Below are positions 8,209 through 18,057 of a DNA stretch of 64,000 nt, piece after piece. This stretch comes from a virus (lineage: Duplodnaviria > Heunggongvirae > Uroviricota > Caudoviricetes). How positions within the stretch are numbered: the stretch's first letter is position 1; every line of letters begins with the position of its first letter. The position numbers and the translations under genes are program-made. The stretch is from the IMG/VR virus record IMGVR_UViG_3300005512_005684, positions 103,003-167,002 of that record; one strand, written 5' to 3'. The notes below the pieces were generated by a model. The model saw only the letters and a list, made by a program, of their open reading frames with translations, was not told where the DNA came from and did no database searches.

Positions 8209-9205
8209 CGCAAGAGAGCTTCGTGAATTTGAGCGGATGGTGATCGCGGGGGAAGTCATTCCCTTCGAGACCTTCAAGAAAAAGAGGGACGAGGCTGAGG
8301 CCAAGCGCACAAAGGGGACGCCGAAGGCCGAGAAACCAAAGGCGGACAAACCACATACTGAGACCGAAGGGTACCAGAAACGGAAGAAAGAATTTGAGGA
8401 AGACCGCGACCGGCGCAAGAGGGAACGCGAGGAACGCGTACAGGCTGAGACCGAAGCAGTGGCCAAGCGTGTCAAGTCGTTGGTCTCAAAACTCAATAGT
8501 CTGAAGGGTGGGGTCAAGTCTCACGTAGAGGACAATGGTGGGGCTAAGGTCTCGGTCGATGTGACAGAGATTCCTCATGTTCCTGAGTCCTCATACGGTG
8601 ACGTGTACACCGATGTCGAGGTGGTGGTGGGTGTCGAGGGTGGTGATATGAAGGTCAAGTTCCATGTTTCCAGTGGTTCGGCATCGAAAGAGAAAATCTA
8701 CTATGAAGGGGAAGCCTTCGTCAACGGTGAGAAAGTGCGGTTGTTCAGGAAGAACTACAATTGGCTGCAAGATAATGAGGTCAGTGGTCTAACCGCAGAG
8801 ACCCTATTCCCGGCGCGACGGGTCAAGGCAATCGTTGGTGGAAAGACTCGGAAGAAAACGAAGGGGACGATGCAAAAACGGGACTTCGTGGAAGCGTTGA
8901 AACGCAAGGGGTACGATATTAACTACCGTGGAAGCAATGAAGTCCAGGCCACGAAGGAACTCTTGACAGGGCATACCTTTGGTTATTATCGGACAACAAT
9001 GATGCGTCAAGGTGGTTGGATGCCTTTTACGGATGTTCGTGGGAATCGTAGGACCGGAGCGGAGAAATTCCGTCTCGTTGATCACAAGGCCGACTTGGGC
9101 GGCAAGGCACTTATAACGTTTGCCGAGGACGCTGAGGGGCTTCGGAAGATGGAAGACTTCGAGGGAAAAGTCGAGGTGATTGCCAAGAAAAATGTCTCGA
9201 AGTAA
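8201..9205 (+). CDS. hypothetical charged (K/E/R-rich) protein with class-1 leader (MANARELREFER)
   Basis: AAGGAG RBS. Low-complexity KKKRDEAEAKRTKGTPKAEKPKADKP...RDRRKREREER N-terminal half. Confidence 0.35.
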   Translation: MANARELREFERMVIAGEVIPFETFKKKRDEAEAKRTKGTPKAEKPKADKPHTETEGYQKRKKEFEEDRDRRKREREERVQAETEAVAKRVKSLVSKLNSLKGGVKSHVEDNGGAKVSVDVTEIPHVPESSYGDVYTDVEVVVGVEGGDMKVKFHVSSGSASKEKIYYEGEAFVNGEKVRLFRKNYNWLQDNEVSGLTAETLFPARRVKAIVGGKTRKKTKGTMQKRDFVEALKRKGYDINYRGSNEVQATKELLTGHTFGYYRTTMMRQGGWMPFTDVRGNRRTGAEKFRLVDHKADLGGKALITFAEDAEGLRKMEDFEGKVEVIAKKNVSK

Positions 9206-9224
9206 TTGCTTGCTGATTATTGTT

Positions 9225-9253
9225 TTCTGAGGTCGTAAACAGTGAGATATAAT
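9225..9253 (+). promoter_or_regulatory. candidate sigma70-like promoter (perfect TATAAT -10, weak -35) in 86-nt intergenic gap
   Basis: TATAAT at 9248-9253 ahead of AGGAGA RBS and gene 9292. The -35 is poor (TTCTGA). Confidence 0.25.
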
Positions 9254-9291
9254 CTGTCCGAATTATCTAGTGGTATTTAGGAGACGAACCG

Positions 9292-9654
9292 ATGGCCAAG
9301 AGCATAGTCGCGTATCACCGCGAGCATGGAAGAACTGCCGAGAACGAGTCAATGGTAGATCGTGGTGGCAAAGGGGTAATGGTGACGGTGACACAACGAG
9401 TAGCGGTGAGCGACGCTTTCCTGGGGGACTATATCTCTGATCTTCGTGGCGCGGTAAGGACGGCGAAAGGAAACATGGAGAAAGCTGCCCGTCAGATGTC
9501 GGATAGTGTTGGGAGCAAGGTCAAACTTGAAGATGGCGAGACGGTCAAGGTAGATACAGAGAGCGGGAAGAGTACCCGTGTCAAAGTGACTTTCAATTTG
9601 AGTGGTGAAGCAGATGCCGCCGCTATTCGCAAAGCAATTCCGGCCTGGCTCTAA
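9292..9654 (+). CDS. small hypothetical protein with class-3 leader (MAKSIVAYHREH)
   Basis: AGGAGA RBS. Leader motif. Confidence 0.4.
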   Translation: MAKSIVAYHREHGRTAENESMVDRGGKGVMVTVTQRVAVSDAFLGDYISDLRGAVRTAKGNMEKAARQMSDSVGSKVKLEDGETVKVDTESGKSTRVKVTFNLSGEADAAAIRKAIPAWL

Positions 9655-9669
9655 GAGAGAACCGAACAA

Positions 9670-10329
9670 ATGTCCAAGTCAATTGTATCCTATCACCGTG
9701 CGCGTCAGGCCAGTTTCAACATTGGCCAGTTCTCGCAGCCTATGGAAGGCATGTCTCAGTTGGTTCGTTCGTTGAAGAACAACGGAATGGGCAATCTCTC
9801 CAAGTCTGCTCAGGGTCTATTAAACCAACTGGAAGCGTTGAAGGAAAAGACCAGACAGTCAGTGGAGTCGAGGACGGGCTCCCGTGTGCCGACACTCCAT
9901 GAACGGCGTGCGCGGATTGAGTGTCCCCCGGTGATAACAGAGGAAGACTTGGAAGAGTGGGAAGCAGGTGAAGGTCAGTGGTCGGATCCGAAGGTCAAGC
10001 GAGCCTGGAAGGGATACGAGGTCAATGTTACCTTCAGTTTAGTGACGCTGGAGTCGGCGGAGGAAGGTGACGCCGCGGAACACGGTTATGAAGAACGTGG
10101 CACGAAGTTTGACTCACTCGAAGAGTTGACAGACCATTATGGAACCGAGCACACCTGGCTTGAGTGGTCGAATTCGTCTCCTGGACCCGGTGACTGGATT
10201 ACGAGTGAAGCGGAGGAAGACTACTCGGACGGAAGCAGTACGACATACTCACTTCACATTACTCGTGGTGACGGAGAGGATTTGACGCGTGAAGAGATCA
10301 AGTATCTTGAACATGAGTTAGGAGTCTAA
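9670..10329 (+). CDS. hypothetical protein with class-3 leader (MSKSIVSYHRAR); acidic C-terminal half
   Basis: ORF with leader motif; D/E-rich tail. Confidence 0.35.
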   Translation: MSKSIVSYHRARQASFNIGQFSQPMEGMSQLVRSLKNNGMGNLSKSAQGLLNQLEALKEKTRQSVESRTGSRVPTLHERRARIECPPVITEEDLEEWEAGEGQWSDPKVKRAWKGYEVNVTFSLVTLESAEEGDAAEHGYEERGTKFDSLEELTDHYGTEHTWLEWSNSSPGPGDWITSEAEEDYSDGSSTTYSLHITRGDGEDLTREEIKYLEHELGV

Positions 10330-10332
10330 AGA

Positions 10333-11907
10333 ATGAATGCTTTCGACAGAATCGTTGCCGATCATCTTCGCAAGGCCGATCAGGTGGACATTACCTTCGG
10401 TCGTGTCGAAAAGAAAATGGCTAAGGAACTTGGAGAACGTCTGGGTAAGTCTTCGGCGTCGTGGCTTGACACACCAGAGCTTGGACAGACGTTACCACGG
10501 CACGTTGACTGGGTAGGTGTCGGGACGATTGAGGACAAGAATGATGCCAAGCAGGCCATGGACCTGATGGCTCGCCACAACCTGAACGAACTCATGAGCA
10601 CGGCTGACTTCCGACGTGAAGTCGAAGATGAACTGGAGTCGGAGTATGAGTTCGATGACGATGACGAGACCAAGGCGTACGTGGACGCATTCATTAACGC
10701 GTGTGTAGCCGGAGAGCTAATCGACGAATGGGAAGATGGGGTGTCGAAGGGAGTGCAGAAAGAGATCAAGTCTCGGCGTTTTGCTTCCCTAAATATGTTT
10801 GACAGTGCGTTGTTCCGTGAACTGGTCGGACGTTGCCGAATCTATCTTGGTGCCGTTCAGGACACGCAGACTGGAAACGCGTTGACGGTATCCGGGGCCG
10901 TTGGTTACACCGTTCGACGGTTGCAGCGCGAGTCGGCCAACGGTTTCCGTGAGGTTGACGAGGGCGAGTATGAGAAAGGTGAGTACACCGGTGTCCTTTT
11001 CATGGTTCGGGACGGCGAATACTCGATTCAGTTCAAGTCTCGTGGCAAGACAGGGCAATCTTTCAATATGACGGGGAAGGTGGTTTCTTCGGGGCCGCCG
11101 GATGTTGACGAGGTGGTGAAAAAGATCAACCGGAAGATTGATGGCTGGCGTGGCTTGTCTCTCGCCGTCCATTCCTTGGTCGAAGGGGTCGAGAATCTCA
11201 AGGGCAAAATGAAGGCGCGTGACAAGTTCGACAAGCTATTCAAGAAAAGCGCCGGGCTTCGTCGCATGGTCGTGGCCATGTTGAATGATATGGAACAAGA
11301 TCAGAGTCGGTTCGCAAAGCTGGAGATTGACCGTTCCATCATGGGCGGCCAACCTTCCTCTTTTGCGAGATCGAAAAAGGGAGAACCGGTTGTGAAGGCT
11401 ACTAGCCAAGCGGCAGACGAGATACAGGAAGGGACTCGTGGAGTTCTGGTAGATACTGCCGGTGCCAAAGTTGCCATTCTTGTCGATTTGGGAACGTTCT
11501 TTGGCCCTTGTGTGCTCTGGGACAAGAAATCCGCTTGGAAGAATACAGGGAAGAAATTCGACGGTGAACTGGATCACTTGACGGTTGAGTCGGACGTAGA
11601 GCGCGGAGCCACAAGTGTTCGTGATTACGAAGAAAAGGTTCTCCAGGAATTCGAGGGGAAGAAAGGTGTCAAGAAAATCTTCGTTGACGAAGATGGTATT
11701 CGAGTGGTGACCCGTACGAATCCAAAGGGGCCGGGTGGATATAAGAGCGACTACCAAGTGTTGGTCAAGAATTCCGACAGCGGGAACTTCACATTGGTAG
11801 TGATTATCAAGGGGCGGACCCGCAAGATGGAAGTTGACAAGGATGAACTCTTGAACGGAATTGCTGCCGGGATCAAGCTCACGTTGCAGACGAAGAAAGG
11901 GAAATAA
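10333..11907 (+). CDS. 524-aa hypothetical protein
   Basis: AGGAG RBS, long ORF, no motif recognised by eye. Confidence 0.35.
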   Translation: MNAFDRIVADHLRKADQVDITFGRVEKKMAKELGERLGKSSASWLDTPELGQTLPRHVDWVGVGTIEDKNDAKQAMDLMARHNLNELMSTADFRREVEDELESEYEFDDDDETKAYVDAFINACVAGELIDEWEDGVSKGVQKEIKSRRFASLNMFDSALFRELVGRCRIYLGAVQDTQTGNALTVSGAVGYTVRRLQRESANGFREVDEGEYEKGEYTGVLFMVRDGEYSIQFKSRGKTGQSFNMTGKVVSSGPPDVDEVVKKINRKIDGWRGLSLAVHSLVEGVENLKGKMKARDKFDKLFKKSAGLRRMVVAMLNDMEQDQSRFAKLEIDRSIMGGQPSSFARSKKGEPVVKATSQAADEIQEGTRGVLVDTAGAKVAILVDLGTFFGPCVLWDKKSAWKNTGKKFDGELDHLTVESDVERGATSVRDYEEKVLQEFEGKKGVKKIFVDEDGIRVVTRTNPKGPGGYKSDYQVLVKNSDSGNFTLVVIIKGRTRKMEVDKDELLNGIAAGIKLTLQTKKGK

Positions 11908-12503
11908 TGGATCGGAGTCGAATCGCTACCATTGCTAGGCGAGTTGCCGGAGCCGGCCCGACCTTGGCCGCAGTCGGTGACGGTAAGGAAGCAATGACTG
12001 AGGCTATTCACGAGTTCATGAAGTCTCGGAAGATGTTCGGTGGGAAGCCTGAGATTTCCGAGGACGAAGGAAGTCTAGTTCGTGTGGCGGTGAGCTTGAA
12101 GCATGATGATCGCTCGTACGTTGCTGATCTCCGTGTCGATCAATGGAAGAAAGGCAGTCCGCTGAAGGCGACGTTCTGGTTCACTCCTGACAGAGGACGT
12201 ACTCTTACCAAGGCATATACGTACAAAGAGCCGGATAAGACTACGGTTGGCTCCGTGGCGATTGACTTCCGTCACTTCGTTGACGAGAAACAAAAGAATC
12301 TCAGGACGGCTGCAACCCAGTGGAAGGTGATCGAGGAAGACGGATACGTGAAGGTGTATCGAGGGAAGACCTTGATCGCCGCGGGGATTGTGCAACAAGG
12401 GAAGCGGCTACGTGATCTGGAGTTCATGGAGGACTCATACAGGAAATCGAATCCGACCCGACTGAAGGTCGTGAAACTTTTGCAGGCCAAGGGTTATTCT
12501 TAA
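11907..12503 (+). CDS. hypothetical protein with class-2 leader (RIATIARRVA)
   Basis: ATGA-type overlap. MDRSRIATIARRVAGAG. Confidence 0.35.
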   Translation: MDRSRIATIARRVAGAGPTLAAVGDGKEAMTEAIHEFMKSRKMFGGKPEISEDEGSLVRVAVSLKHDDRSYVADLRVDQWKKGSPLKATFWFTPDRGRTLTKAYTYKEPDKTTVGSVAIDFRHFVDEKQKNLRTAATQWKVIEEDGYVKVYRGKTLIAAGIVQQGKRLRDLEFMEDSYRKSNPTRLKVVKLLQAKGYS

Positions 12504-12517
12504 CAGGAGAATCGGTT

Positions 12518-13423
12518 ATGAAGATGCTTGTATCGAAGAAACGTCTTATGCGGATCGCCAAAGTGTTGGTGTCCTCACGTGGCCGTATGCGTGTAGCTCG
12601 TGGCGGTTGGGAAGAGTTTGTGGAAGAGTTCGGTGAAGAGGAAGCCAAGGCCGCAGTAGAGGCTATGGGCTTTGAGCCGGAGGACGTATCTAGCTTCCAG
12701 GAAAGCCGCGCCGGCTTCCGTACGGAAGCATACGAGGTGGACTTCGGTAGCGAGGAGTACATCGGCTTCAAGGATAACGACGATGCCGAAGAGTACGCTA
12801 TAGAGGTCGTGAAACAAGACCTGGAAGAGGAACCGGAAATCTTTAGTCAGGATTGGCTTCAGAGTCATGTTACGATTACGCCTACCGACAAGCGCATTCT
12901 TGCGAGTGAGGAAGCCGATTCTGTTTTGGAGTCAATGAGCGATGACGACATTCTTTCTGAGTCTGGCTATGACTCGAAGAAAGAGGAGCTTGAGGAAGAG
13001 TACTCGGAGTTGGAAGACGAAATCAGCGAACTGGAAGAGGAGGCTGACGAGTTAGAGGAAGATGATGAAGATGAAGACGCGGCAAACGAAGCCGCGGAAA
13101 AGAGGGACGAGATTCTTGGGAAAGAAAGTCGGATGCAGGAGATACAAGAGGAATTGGACGGTCTAGTGGACGAAGCTCGCGAAGAGTTGAGTTCCAGCAA
13201 GGCTGAGGAAATCGAGTCGGAACTTGACGATCCGGTTCAGTACTTTGTAGAGGATCAAGGTGCGTTCTCTATCGAAGACTTGATGAAAGCGTCGTTCATT
13301 AGCATCGACACTGATGCTGCTGCGAAAGAGGCTGTTTGGACAGACGGTGTAGCTCATTTCCTTGCGGGGTACGATGGTAGGAAAGTTGACGGCAATCGTT
13401 CGGTGTGGTACCGTACGAACTAG
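12518..13423 (+). CDS. highly acidic low-complexity protein with class-2-like leader (RLMRIAKVLV)
   Basis: AGGAGA RBS. Residues ~150-240 are E/D-rich repeats (EEEYSELEDEISELEEEADELEEDDEDED). Confidence 0.4.
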   Translation: MKMLVSKKRLMRIAKVLVSSRGRMRVARGGWEEFVEEFGEEEAKAAVEAMGFEPEDVSSFQESRAGFRTEAYEVDFGSEEYIGFKDNDDAEEYAIEVVKQDLEEEPEIFSQDWLQSHVTITPTDKRILASEEADSVLESMSDDDILSESGYDSKKEELEEEYSELEDEISELEEEADELEEDDEDEDAANEAAEKRDEILGKESRMQEIQEELDGLVDEAREELSSSKAEEIESELDDPVQYFVEDQGAFSIEDLMKASFISIDTDAAAKEAVWTDGVAHFLAGYDGRKVDGNRSVWYRTN

Positions 13424-13433
13424 GATAACTGTC

Positions 13434-13811
13434 ATGAGAAATCGAATACGACGAGCGACAACTGCGGTGACGAGAGCCGTAGGAGCAATCTGGGACGGTG
13501 TGGAAGAGACCCTTGAACGCGAAGAGGAAGGTGAAGAGGTTCAAGGGTCTTTGATGCTTGCCGCGATCCGTTGCTTCGGCGGGGAATCGTTTCAGATTAA
13601 CGCCGGTGGCCGAGGGAACGTCCGCTTCAAGAGTGGGCCTTACGAAGGGTACACCGCGACCGGACCCCAGCTACGTCGTATCATGGAAGCACTTCGCAAG
13701 GGACGCTCTCAGACTGAGAGAGTGGTCGAGCAAGTGGTGGCTGAAATAAGGCCCCCAAGTTCCAGAGTAGCGTCCATTGCTATGAGGGTCTTGTCCTATC
13801 ATTTGAATTAG
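13434..13811 (+). CDS. hypothetical protein with class-2-like leader (RIRRATTAVTRAVGAI)
   Basis: AGGATAA RBS before the internal ATG of ORF 13362..13811. Confidence 0.3.
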   Translation: MRNRIRRATTAVTRAVGAIWDGVEETLEREEEGEEVQGSLMLAAIRCFGGESFQINAGGRGNVRFKSGPYEGYTATGPQLRRIMEALRKGRSQTERVVEQVVAEIRPPSSRVASIAMRVLSYHLN

Positions 13812-13826
13812 CCTGAGCTAATTCCT

Positions 13827-13880
13827 GACGGCGATTTCTCGTGAAGTAATGCGGGGGATCGCCGTCGGTTTGTACGTTGG
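13827..13880 (+). terminator. candidate intrinsic terminator (9-bp stem GACGGCGAT/ATCGCCGTC, weak U-tract)
   Basis: Hairpin immediately after the stop of gene 13434-13811 in a 100-nt gap. Followed by GGTTTGT. Confidence 0.3.
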
Positions 13881-13913
13881 AATCGGTGGGGAGTTTTTGC
13901 TAGTATCAGGGTC

Positions 13914-14681
13914 ATGGTCAAGACTTACTGCGTTCCGACAGGAAGTTATCCTGTTTTTGCCCACGGTTGCGGGGCAATGAAGACAAACGTACGCTTGTAC
14001 GAGCGGGCGAGACGCGTGTGCTTTGCCAGACAAGTCGAGACGGGTCCTCACGGTGACCTCACGATAGTCACCGTGCACAACGGCACTGACCATTCCATCG
14101 TGGAAGAGTGGGCGAAGCTGTACAACGTCAATATCATGGTCGTGCGAGTTCCAGTGAAGAAATGGGAGTTTCGATATAAGCTGGAGTTTGTTCTCGACAA
14201 TCTGCGGTTCGTTGACACGAAGTACATCATGTACCTTGATGCTTGGGACGTGGTGTTGATCAACGATATGCGCCAATGTGTTCCAGGATTTCTACGGTAC
14301 GGTTGCAAGATGTTGTTCGGGGGAGAGGAAGGTTGCTGGCCGCGTGAGAGAATCAAGTTTGGAACCGGGGTGGTGGACTTTGAGGAGTTGAAGAAATGGA
14401 GTGCGGGGAAGTACAAATATCCGATGCAACATTTGAACAGTGGATGTTGGATGGGAGAGACAGATTACTGTAAAGAGTTTCTAAGGGTGTGGCGAGACAA
14501 GGTAGTGGCTATGAGCGAAGGGGGAAGAGTGGCGAATAATCAGATGGCGGCTCGTGTTCTTCAGCCGGAGTATTGGCCAGAGGTTCGGGTCGATGATCAT
14601 GGTCTGCTATTTCTGAATCTCTTTGACTTTCTTCAGCGTTGGGTGAACTTTAAGGAAGAGGAAGACATAACGTACTTTTAG
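13914..14681 (+). CDS. putative glycosyltransferase-like protein (GT-A-like, DxD-like LDAWD)
   Basis: TIVTVHNGTDHS...YIMYLDAWDVVL pattern reminiscent of nucleotide-diphospho-sugar transferases. Weak. Confidence 0.25.
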   Translation: MVKTYCVPTGSYPVFAHGCGAMKTNVRLYERARRVCFARQVETGPHGDLTIVTVHNGTDHSIVEEWAKLYNVNIMVVRVPVKKWEFRYKLEFVLDNLRFVDTKYIMYLDAWDVVLINDMRQCVPGFLRYGCKMLFGGEEGCWPRERIKFGTGVVDFEELKKWSAGKYKYPMQHLNSGCWMGETDYCKEFLRVWRDKVVAMSEGGRVANNQMAARVLQPEYWPEVRVDDHGLLFLNLFDFLQRWVNFKEEEDITYF

Positions 14682-14690
14682 GGGTGAAAC

Positions 14691-15362
14691 GTGAAAGCGA
14701 GAGCATACGAGTTCAAGAGGTGGGACGCGATTAACTTTGTCTCGAATGCGAGGGGATACAAAGTCTATCTGGAGCTTGGCGTCGAGCAGGCGATCACTTT
14801 CAAGAGAGTAGGCTGCGCGGAAAAGTTTGCGGTGGAGTCTGGTGCACATGCAGTCCGCGGGAACGTGTGTTATTCAATGGAGACAGACGATTTCTTTGGT
14901 AAGCATGGCTCGGATCGTAGATACGACATCATTTTCGTGGATGCTTCCGACGAGTTTGATCAAGTCTTGCGAGACATCTACAACTCACTCCTGGTGTTGA
15001 ATGATCACGGAGTGATTTTGATCAACGGTTGTATGCCGGATCACGTGGAAGGTCACCGGGCAATGTGGAGACCCTTTCTTCACTTTTGTCAGTTGGCGAC
15101 GGTGGATTGTTGCTTAGGAGATTTCGATCAAGGGGTCGGTTTCATTCTGAAGCGACCGACGCGGACACCGCTCGTTCTTGGTCGAGGCGCGCAAGATGTT
15201 CCCCTGATCACTTACAACGAGAATATGGAAAAGTGGCTACGGGTACTTCCGTATTGCGTGGACATAGTTGACTGGATTACTTTGAGGGACCCGGAGACTC
15301 CAGAGGAAGACTCGGAGCCCGCGTCTGAGGAACCAGAACCGACAGAGACAGGAGGGAACTAA
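14691..15362 (+). CDS. putative class I SAM-dependent (O-)methyltransferase
   Basis: YDIIFVDASDEF and GVILINGC resemble FDLIFIDADK/CmcI-TylF-like MTase core. Acidic C-terminal tail. Confidence 0.4.
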   Translation: MKARAYEFKRWDAINFVSNARGYKVYLELGVEQAITFKRVGCAEKFAVESGAHAVRGNVCYSMETDDFFGKHGSDRRYDIIFVDASDEFDQVLRDIYNSLLVLNDHGVILINGCMPDHVEGHRAMWRPFLHFCQLATVDCCLGDFDQGVGFILKRPTRTPLVLGRGAQDVPLITYNENMEKWLRVLPYCVDIVDWITLRDPETPEEDSEPASEEPEPTETGGN

Positions 15363-15363
15363 G

Positions 15364-16101
15364 ATGGATAGTTTGTATCACTACCGAGCGCACGTACTCT
15401 CGGTCTATGATGGTGACACTTGCACGGTGCGAGTCGATGTAGGATTTCGCTTGACGGCGAAACTGAAGCTCAGGCTGAGTCATATCAACGCACCGGAGAT
15501 TCGTGGTGCGACGCGTGCTCGGGGCCTGGAAGTACGGGATTGGCTAAGGAAGCAAATCCTGGATAAGGATGTCGTGATCATGACGGAAAAGACCGGGAAC
15601 TTTGGTCGGTGGCTGGCCGTGATCTGGCCGGATGATCGTGAGACATTCGTACTTGAAGAGAGCCTCAATGCTCACATGGTTCGGACGGGGCGCGCCGACG
15701 TGTACAAGGGGACACCGGACGATATTCGTAATCGTTTCCTGGGACCGGACTATGTTCGTAAGAGTCTCCTGGGACCGGACGACGCGCATGTAGTCGTCCA
15801 TAATCCACGCAATCTCGTGAAGGAATTCAAGCGTCACCTAGAGGGTTGCTTAGCTCGGACAGGGAGGGTTGACGCGATTTGTTCGGACCGGGCTGGAGAC
15901 GGATTCGGATTTCAGTGTCAGGTGTGTCAGGCTTGGTATGGTGTGCCGGTACCGAAGGCGAAAGAGTTCGTGAGCCGGAACCGGAAAAGTGTCGTGCCAA
16001 AGACCAAAGAGTTGGTCGAGAACTTGAGGACGGCGGTCGGTCGTTGGAGGATGCTGGAGACGCTTGTGAGCAAGTTGTCCAAGCGCGCGAAAATTGGGTG
16101 A
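15364..16101 (+). CDS. staphylococcal-nuclease (SNase/thermonuclease)-like nuclease with C-terminal Cys-rich extension
   Basis: VYDGDTCTVRVD...LRLSHINAPEI...NFGRWLAVIW matches the SNase fold signature. C-terminal CQVCQ...zinc-ribbon-like. Confidence 0.6.
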   Translation: MDSLYHYRAHVLSVYDGDTCTVRVDVGFRLTAKLKLRLSHINAPEIRGATRARGLEVRDWLRKQILDKDVVIMTEKTGNFGRWLAVIWPDDRETFVLEESLNAHMVRTGRADVYKGTPDDIRNRFLGPDYVRKSLLGPDDAHVVVHNPRNLVKEFKRHLEGCLARTGRVDAICSDRAGDGFGFQCQVCQAWYGVPVPKAKEFVSRNRKSVVPKTKELVENLRTAVGRWRMLETLVSKLSKRAKIG

Positions 16102-16221
16102 AAATTGAGTAGAACTTGATATGATGGTCGCTTACCGACTTGGTTTTAGACCGGAAGTAGACGGAAGCGACAGGGCTTCACGAAAGCCCTCGACCCCAAG
16201 TCTTTTGCGAGGTCTCTTCGT

Positions 16222-16965
16222 ATGGACAGGACAGCGTTATTCGACCTGGATGGTACGTTAGCGGATTTCGAGCAGGAGTTCATGGGACGGATGTCGAAGC
16301 TCGGAGCCCCCTCTGAGCCGGTCTCCGGTTCTGACGATTTCTGGCAAGACGACCTACCTGAGCATCTGAGAGAGCGCAAGCGGCTTGTTAAAGTTGAGCC
16401 GGGGTTCTGGGCGCGGCTCCCCCGGATTGAACTCGGCTTTCAGATATTCGACATCGTGGTCAATGAGTGTGGCTTCCGTCCCGTGATCCTCACGAAGGGT
16501 CCGTGGAAAAATCCGCGTGCCTGGATGGAAAAGCACGAGTGGTGTGCGGCGCAGCCTGAGTTGGAAGACGTGCCGGTGATCATTGCGGGCGGTGACGACG
16601 ACGCCAAAAGCATGGTGTATGGCCGCATTCTTGTGGACGATTATCCGCCCTACGTGACGGAGTGGCTGAAGGTTCGACCTCGTGGCTTAGTCATCATGCC
16701 AGAACGGTCGATCAACGAGGGTTTCAGTCACCCGAACGTAGTGAAGTGTGACGGGTCAAACCTGGACGAGGTTCGTAAGCGAGTGCGCCAAGCTCGTGAC
16801 AGGGACCCGGGAAGAAAACCCCAAGTGAGTGTTCGACGGGAAGGAAGAAAGAGAGATCATGAGGATTGGCAAAAGCCGTTCGTGATTCGAGTGGACGGTA
16901 AGATACGAGCAAGGGTGTGGTGGGTGAACGGTCATCCTTATTTGAGGTGTGAGAGATATGGCTAA
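16222..16965 (+). CDS. HAD-superfamily hydrolase, 5'(3')-deoxyribonucleotidase-like
   Basis: N-terminal FDLDGTLADF (DxDxT motif I). Confidence 0.5.
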   Translation: MDRTALFDLDGTLADFEQEFMGRMSKLGAPSEPVSGSDDFWQDDLPEHLRERKRLVKVEPGFWARLPRIELGFQIFDIVVNECGFRPVILTKGPWKNPRAWMEKHEWCAAQPELEDVPVIIAGGDDDAKSMVYGRILVDDYPPYVTEWLKVRPRGLVIMPERSINEGFSHPNVVKCDGSNLDEVRKRVRQARDRDPGRKPQVSVRREGRKRDHEDWQKPFVIRVDGKIRARVWWVNGHPYLRCERYG

Positions 16966-17389
16966 GCGAGGGAAGCCGAAGATCACTGACAAACCAATCT
17001 CTGGATCCGTTGTTGATCGAGGAAGGGAGATTGATTCAGTACTACAAGGGGGGCCGCGTGATGTTATCGAGAGTGGCCAAGGTGTGGTAGGTGTGACGAA
17101 GGGTATGGTTACCCAGATCAAGCGGGGAAGTCACGGTGATATGCTGGTGATTCCCCCGTTTACACTTGTCTGGTCTCGTGAACCGTACGAGAAAGACTCG
17201 ATGTCTACCGTCGCTCATGGGCCGGAAAAACGCTTCAACGCAATGGTCAGAGACGGCATGATGTTCCACCGGTTTGTGACCCGAGCGACGGACTTGATCG
17301 TGCTTTGGGTCGATGGGCGGTGGCTAGTTGAAGAGGGAGATTGGTTCAACAGGGAGTTGTCGAGTGCTTTCAGCGGAACTCAAAGTTAA
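16958..17389 (+). CDS. hypothetical protein
   Basis: ATG MAKRGKPKI overlapping upstream stop. Confidence 0.3.
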   Translation: MAKRGKPKITDKPISGSVVDRGREIDSVLQGGPRDVIESGQGVVGVTKGMVTQIKRGSHGDMLVIPPFTLVWSREPYEKDSMSTVAHGPEKRFNAMVRDGMMFHRFVTRATDLIVLWVDGRWLVEEGDWFNRELSSAFSGTQS

Positions 17390-17587
17390 TGGGACGTTGA
17401 TCGCTCACGTCTATGCCCGTAATGTGGCTGAAGCTGGCGGGGACGTTTGTGTGTACGACTATGAATACTACCAGGTCGAGTCCCGGCGAGTTCACAATGG
17501 AACGGTGAGACACGCGCGTTCAAAGGGTCTTCGGAAGTTGATCGTCGAGATACTTACGGATGTTCCAGACGAAGTAGAGGAAGTACC

Positions 17588-17944
17588 ATGAATATCGTGA
17601 TAGGACAGGGGGACTTTAGGGTGGCTTTGACGGAAAAGGGTCTCAAAGTAACCCGTGGAGAACTCTCTCCAGATGGTGAACAGTTGGAAGTGACCTTTAC
17701 CCCACGTGCAGCGTTGTACCTGATTGGAAGTGCTCTTTCGCTTCAGGCCGTGAGGCTGTCGGATGTGATTGATGCTTACCTGGAGTTGTCGGATGCTCCG
17801 TCACATGAGTCTGTTCGCCCGGTGCTCAGTGATCTGACCGAGTTGTATCGGAAGCGAGCGGGTGAAATGGAGGTGGTTTTAGACTCTCTTGGTAGGAGTG
17901 AACATGATAGTGGTGAGAGTGAGAGAGACTCTTCGGATACATGA
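17588..17944 (+). CDS. hypothetical protein
   Basis: ATGA overlap with upstream ORF. Confidence 0.3.
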   Translation: MNIVIGQGDFRVALTEKGLKVTRGELSPDGEQLEVTFTPRAALYLIGSALSLQAVRLSDVIDAYLELSDAPSHESVRPVLSDLTELYRKRAGEMEVVLDSLGRSEHDSGESERDSSDT

Positions 17945-18057
17945 TGTTTGTGACGCGCGCGAGAGAGTTATTCAAGAGGGTGAGGAAGCGGAGACCGTTG
18001 CGATAAACGGTCGAGTTAGACAGGTAACTTGTTCCAAGTGTGTAGAGGATAGAGAGA

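Noticed and set aside
16102-16221. Small hairpin GGGCTT-CACGAA-AAGCCC as a terminator between the SNase and HAD genes
   Set aside because: The stem is only 6 bp and the U-tract is interrupted (CTCGACCCCAAGTCTTTTGCG). It is too weak to call.
17328-17591. ORF 17328..17591 as an independent gene
   Set aside because: It overlaps the upstream gene by 60 nt with no convincing start or RBS in the non-overlapping part. It may be real with a TTG/GTG start near 17398, but support is poor.
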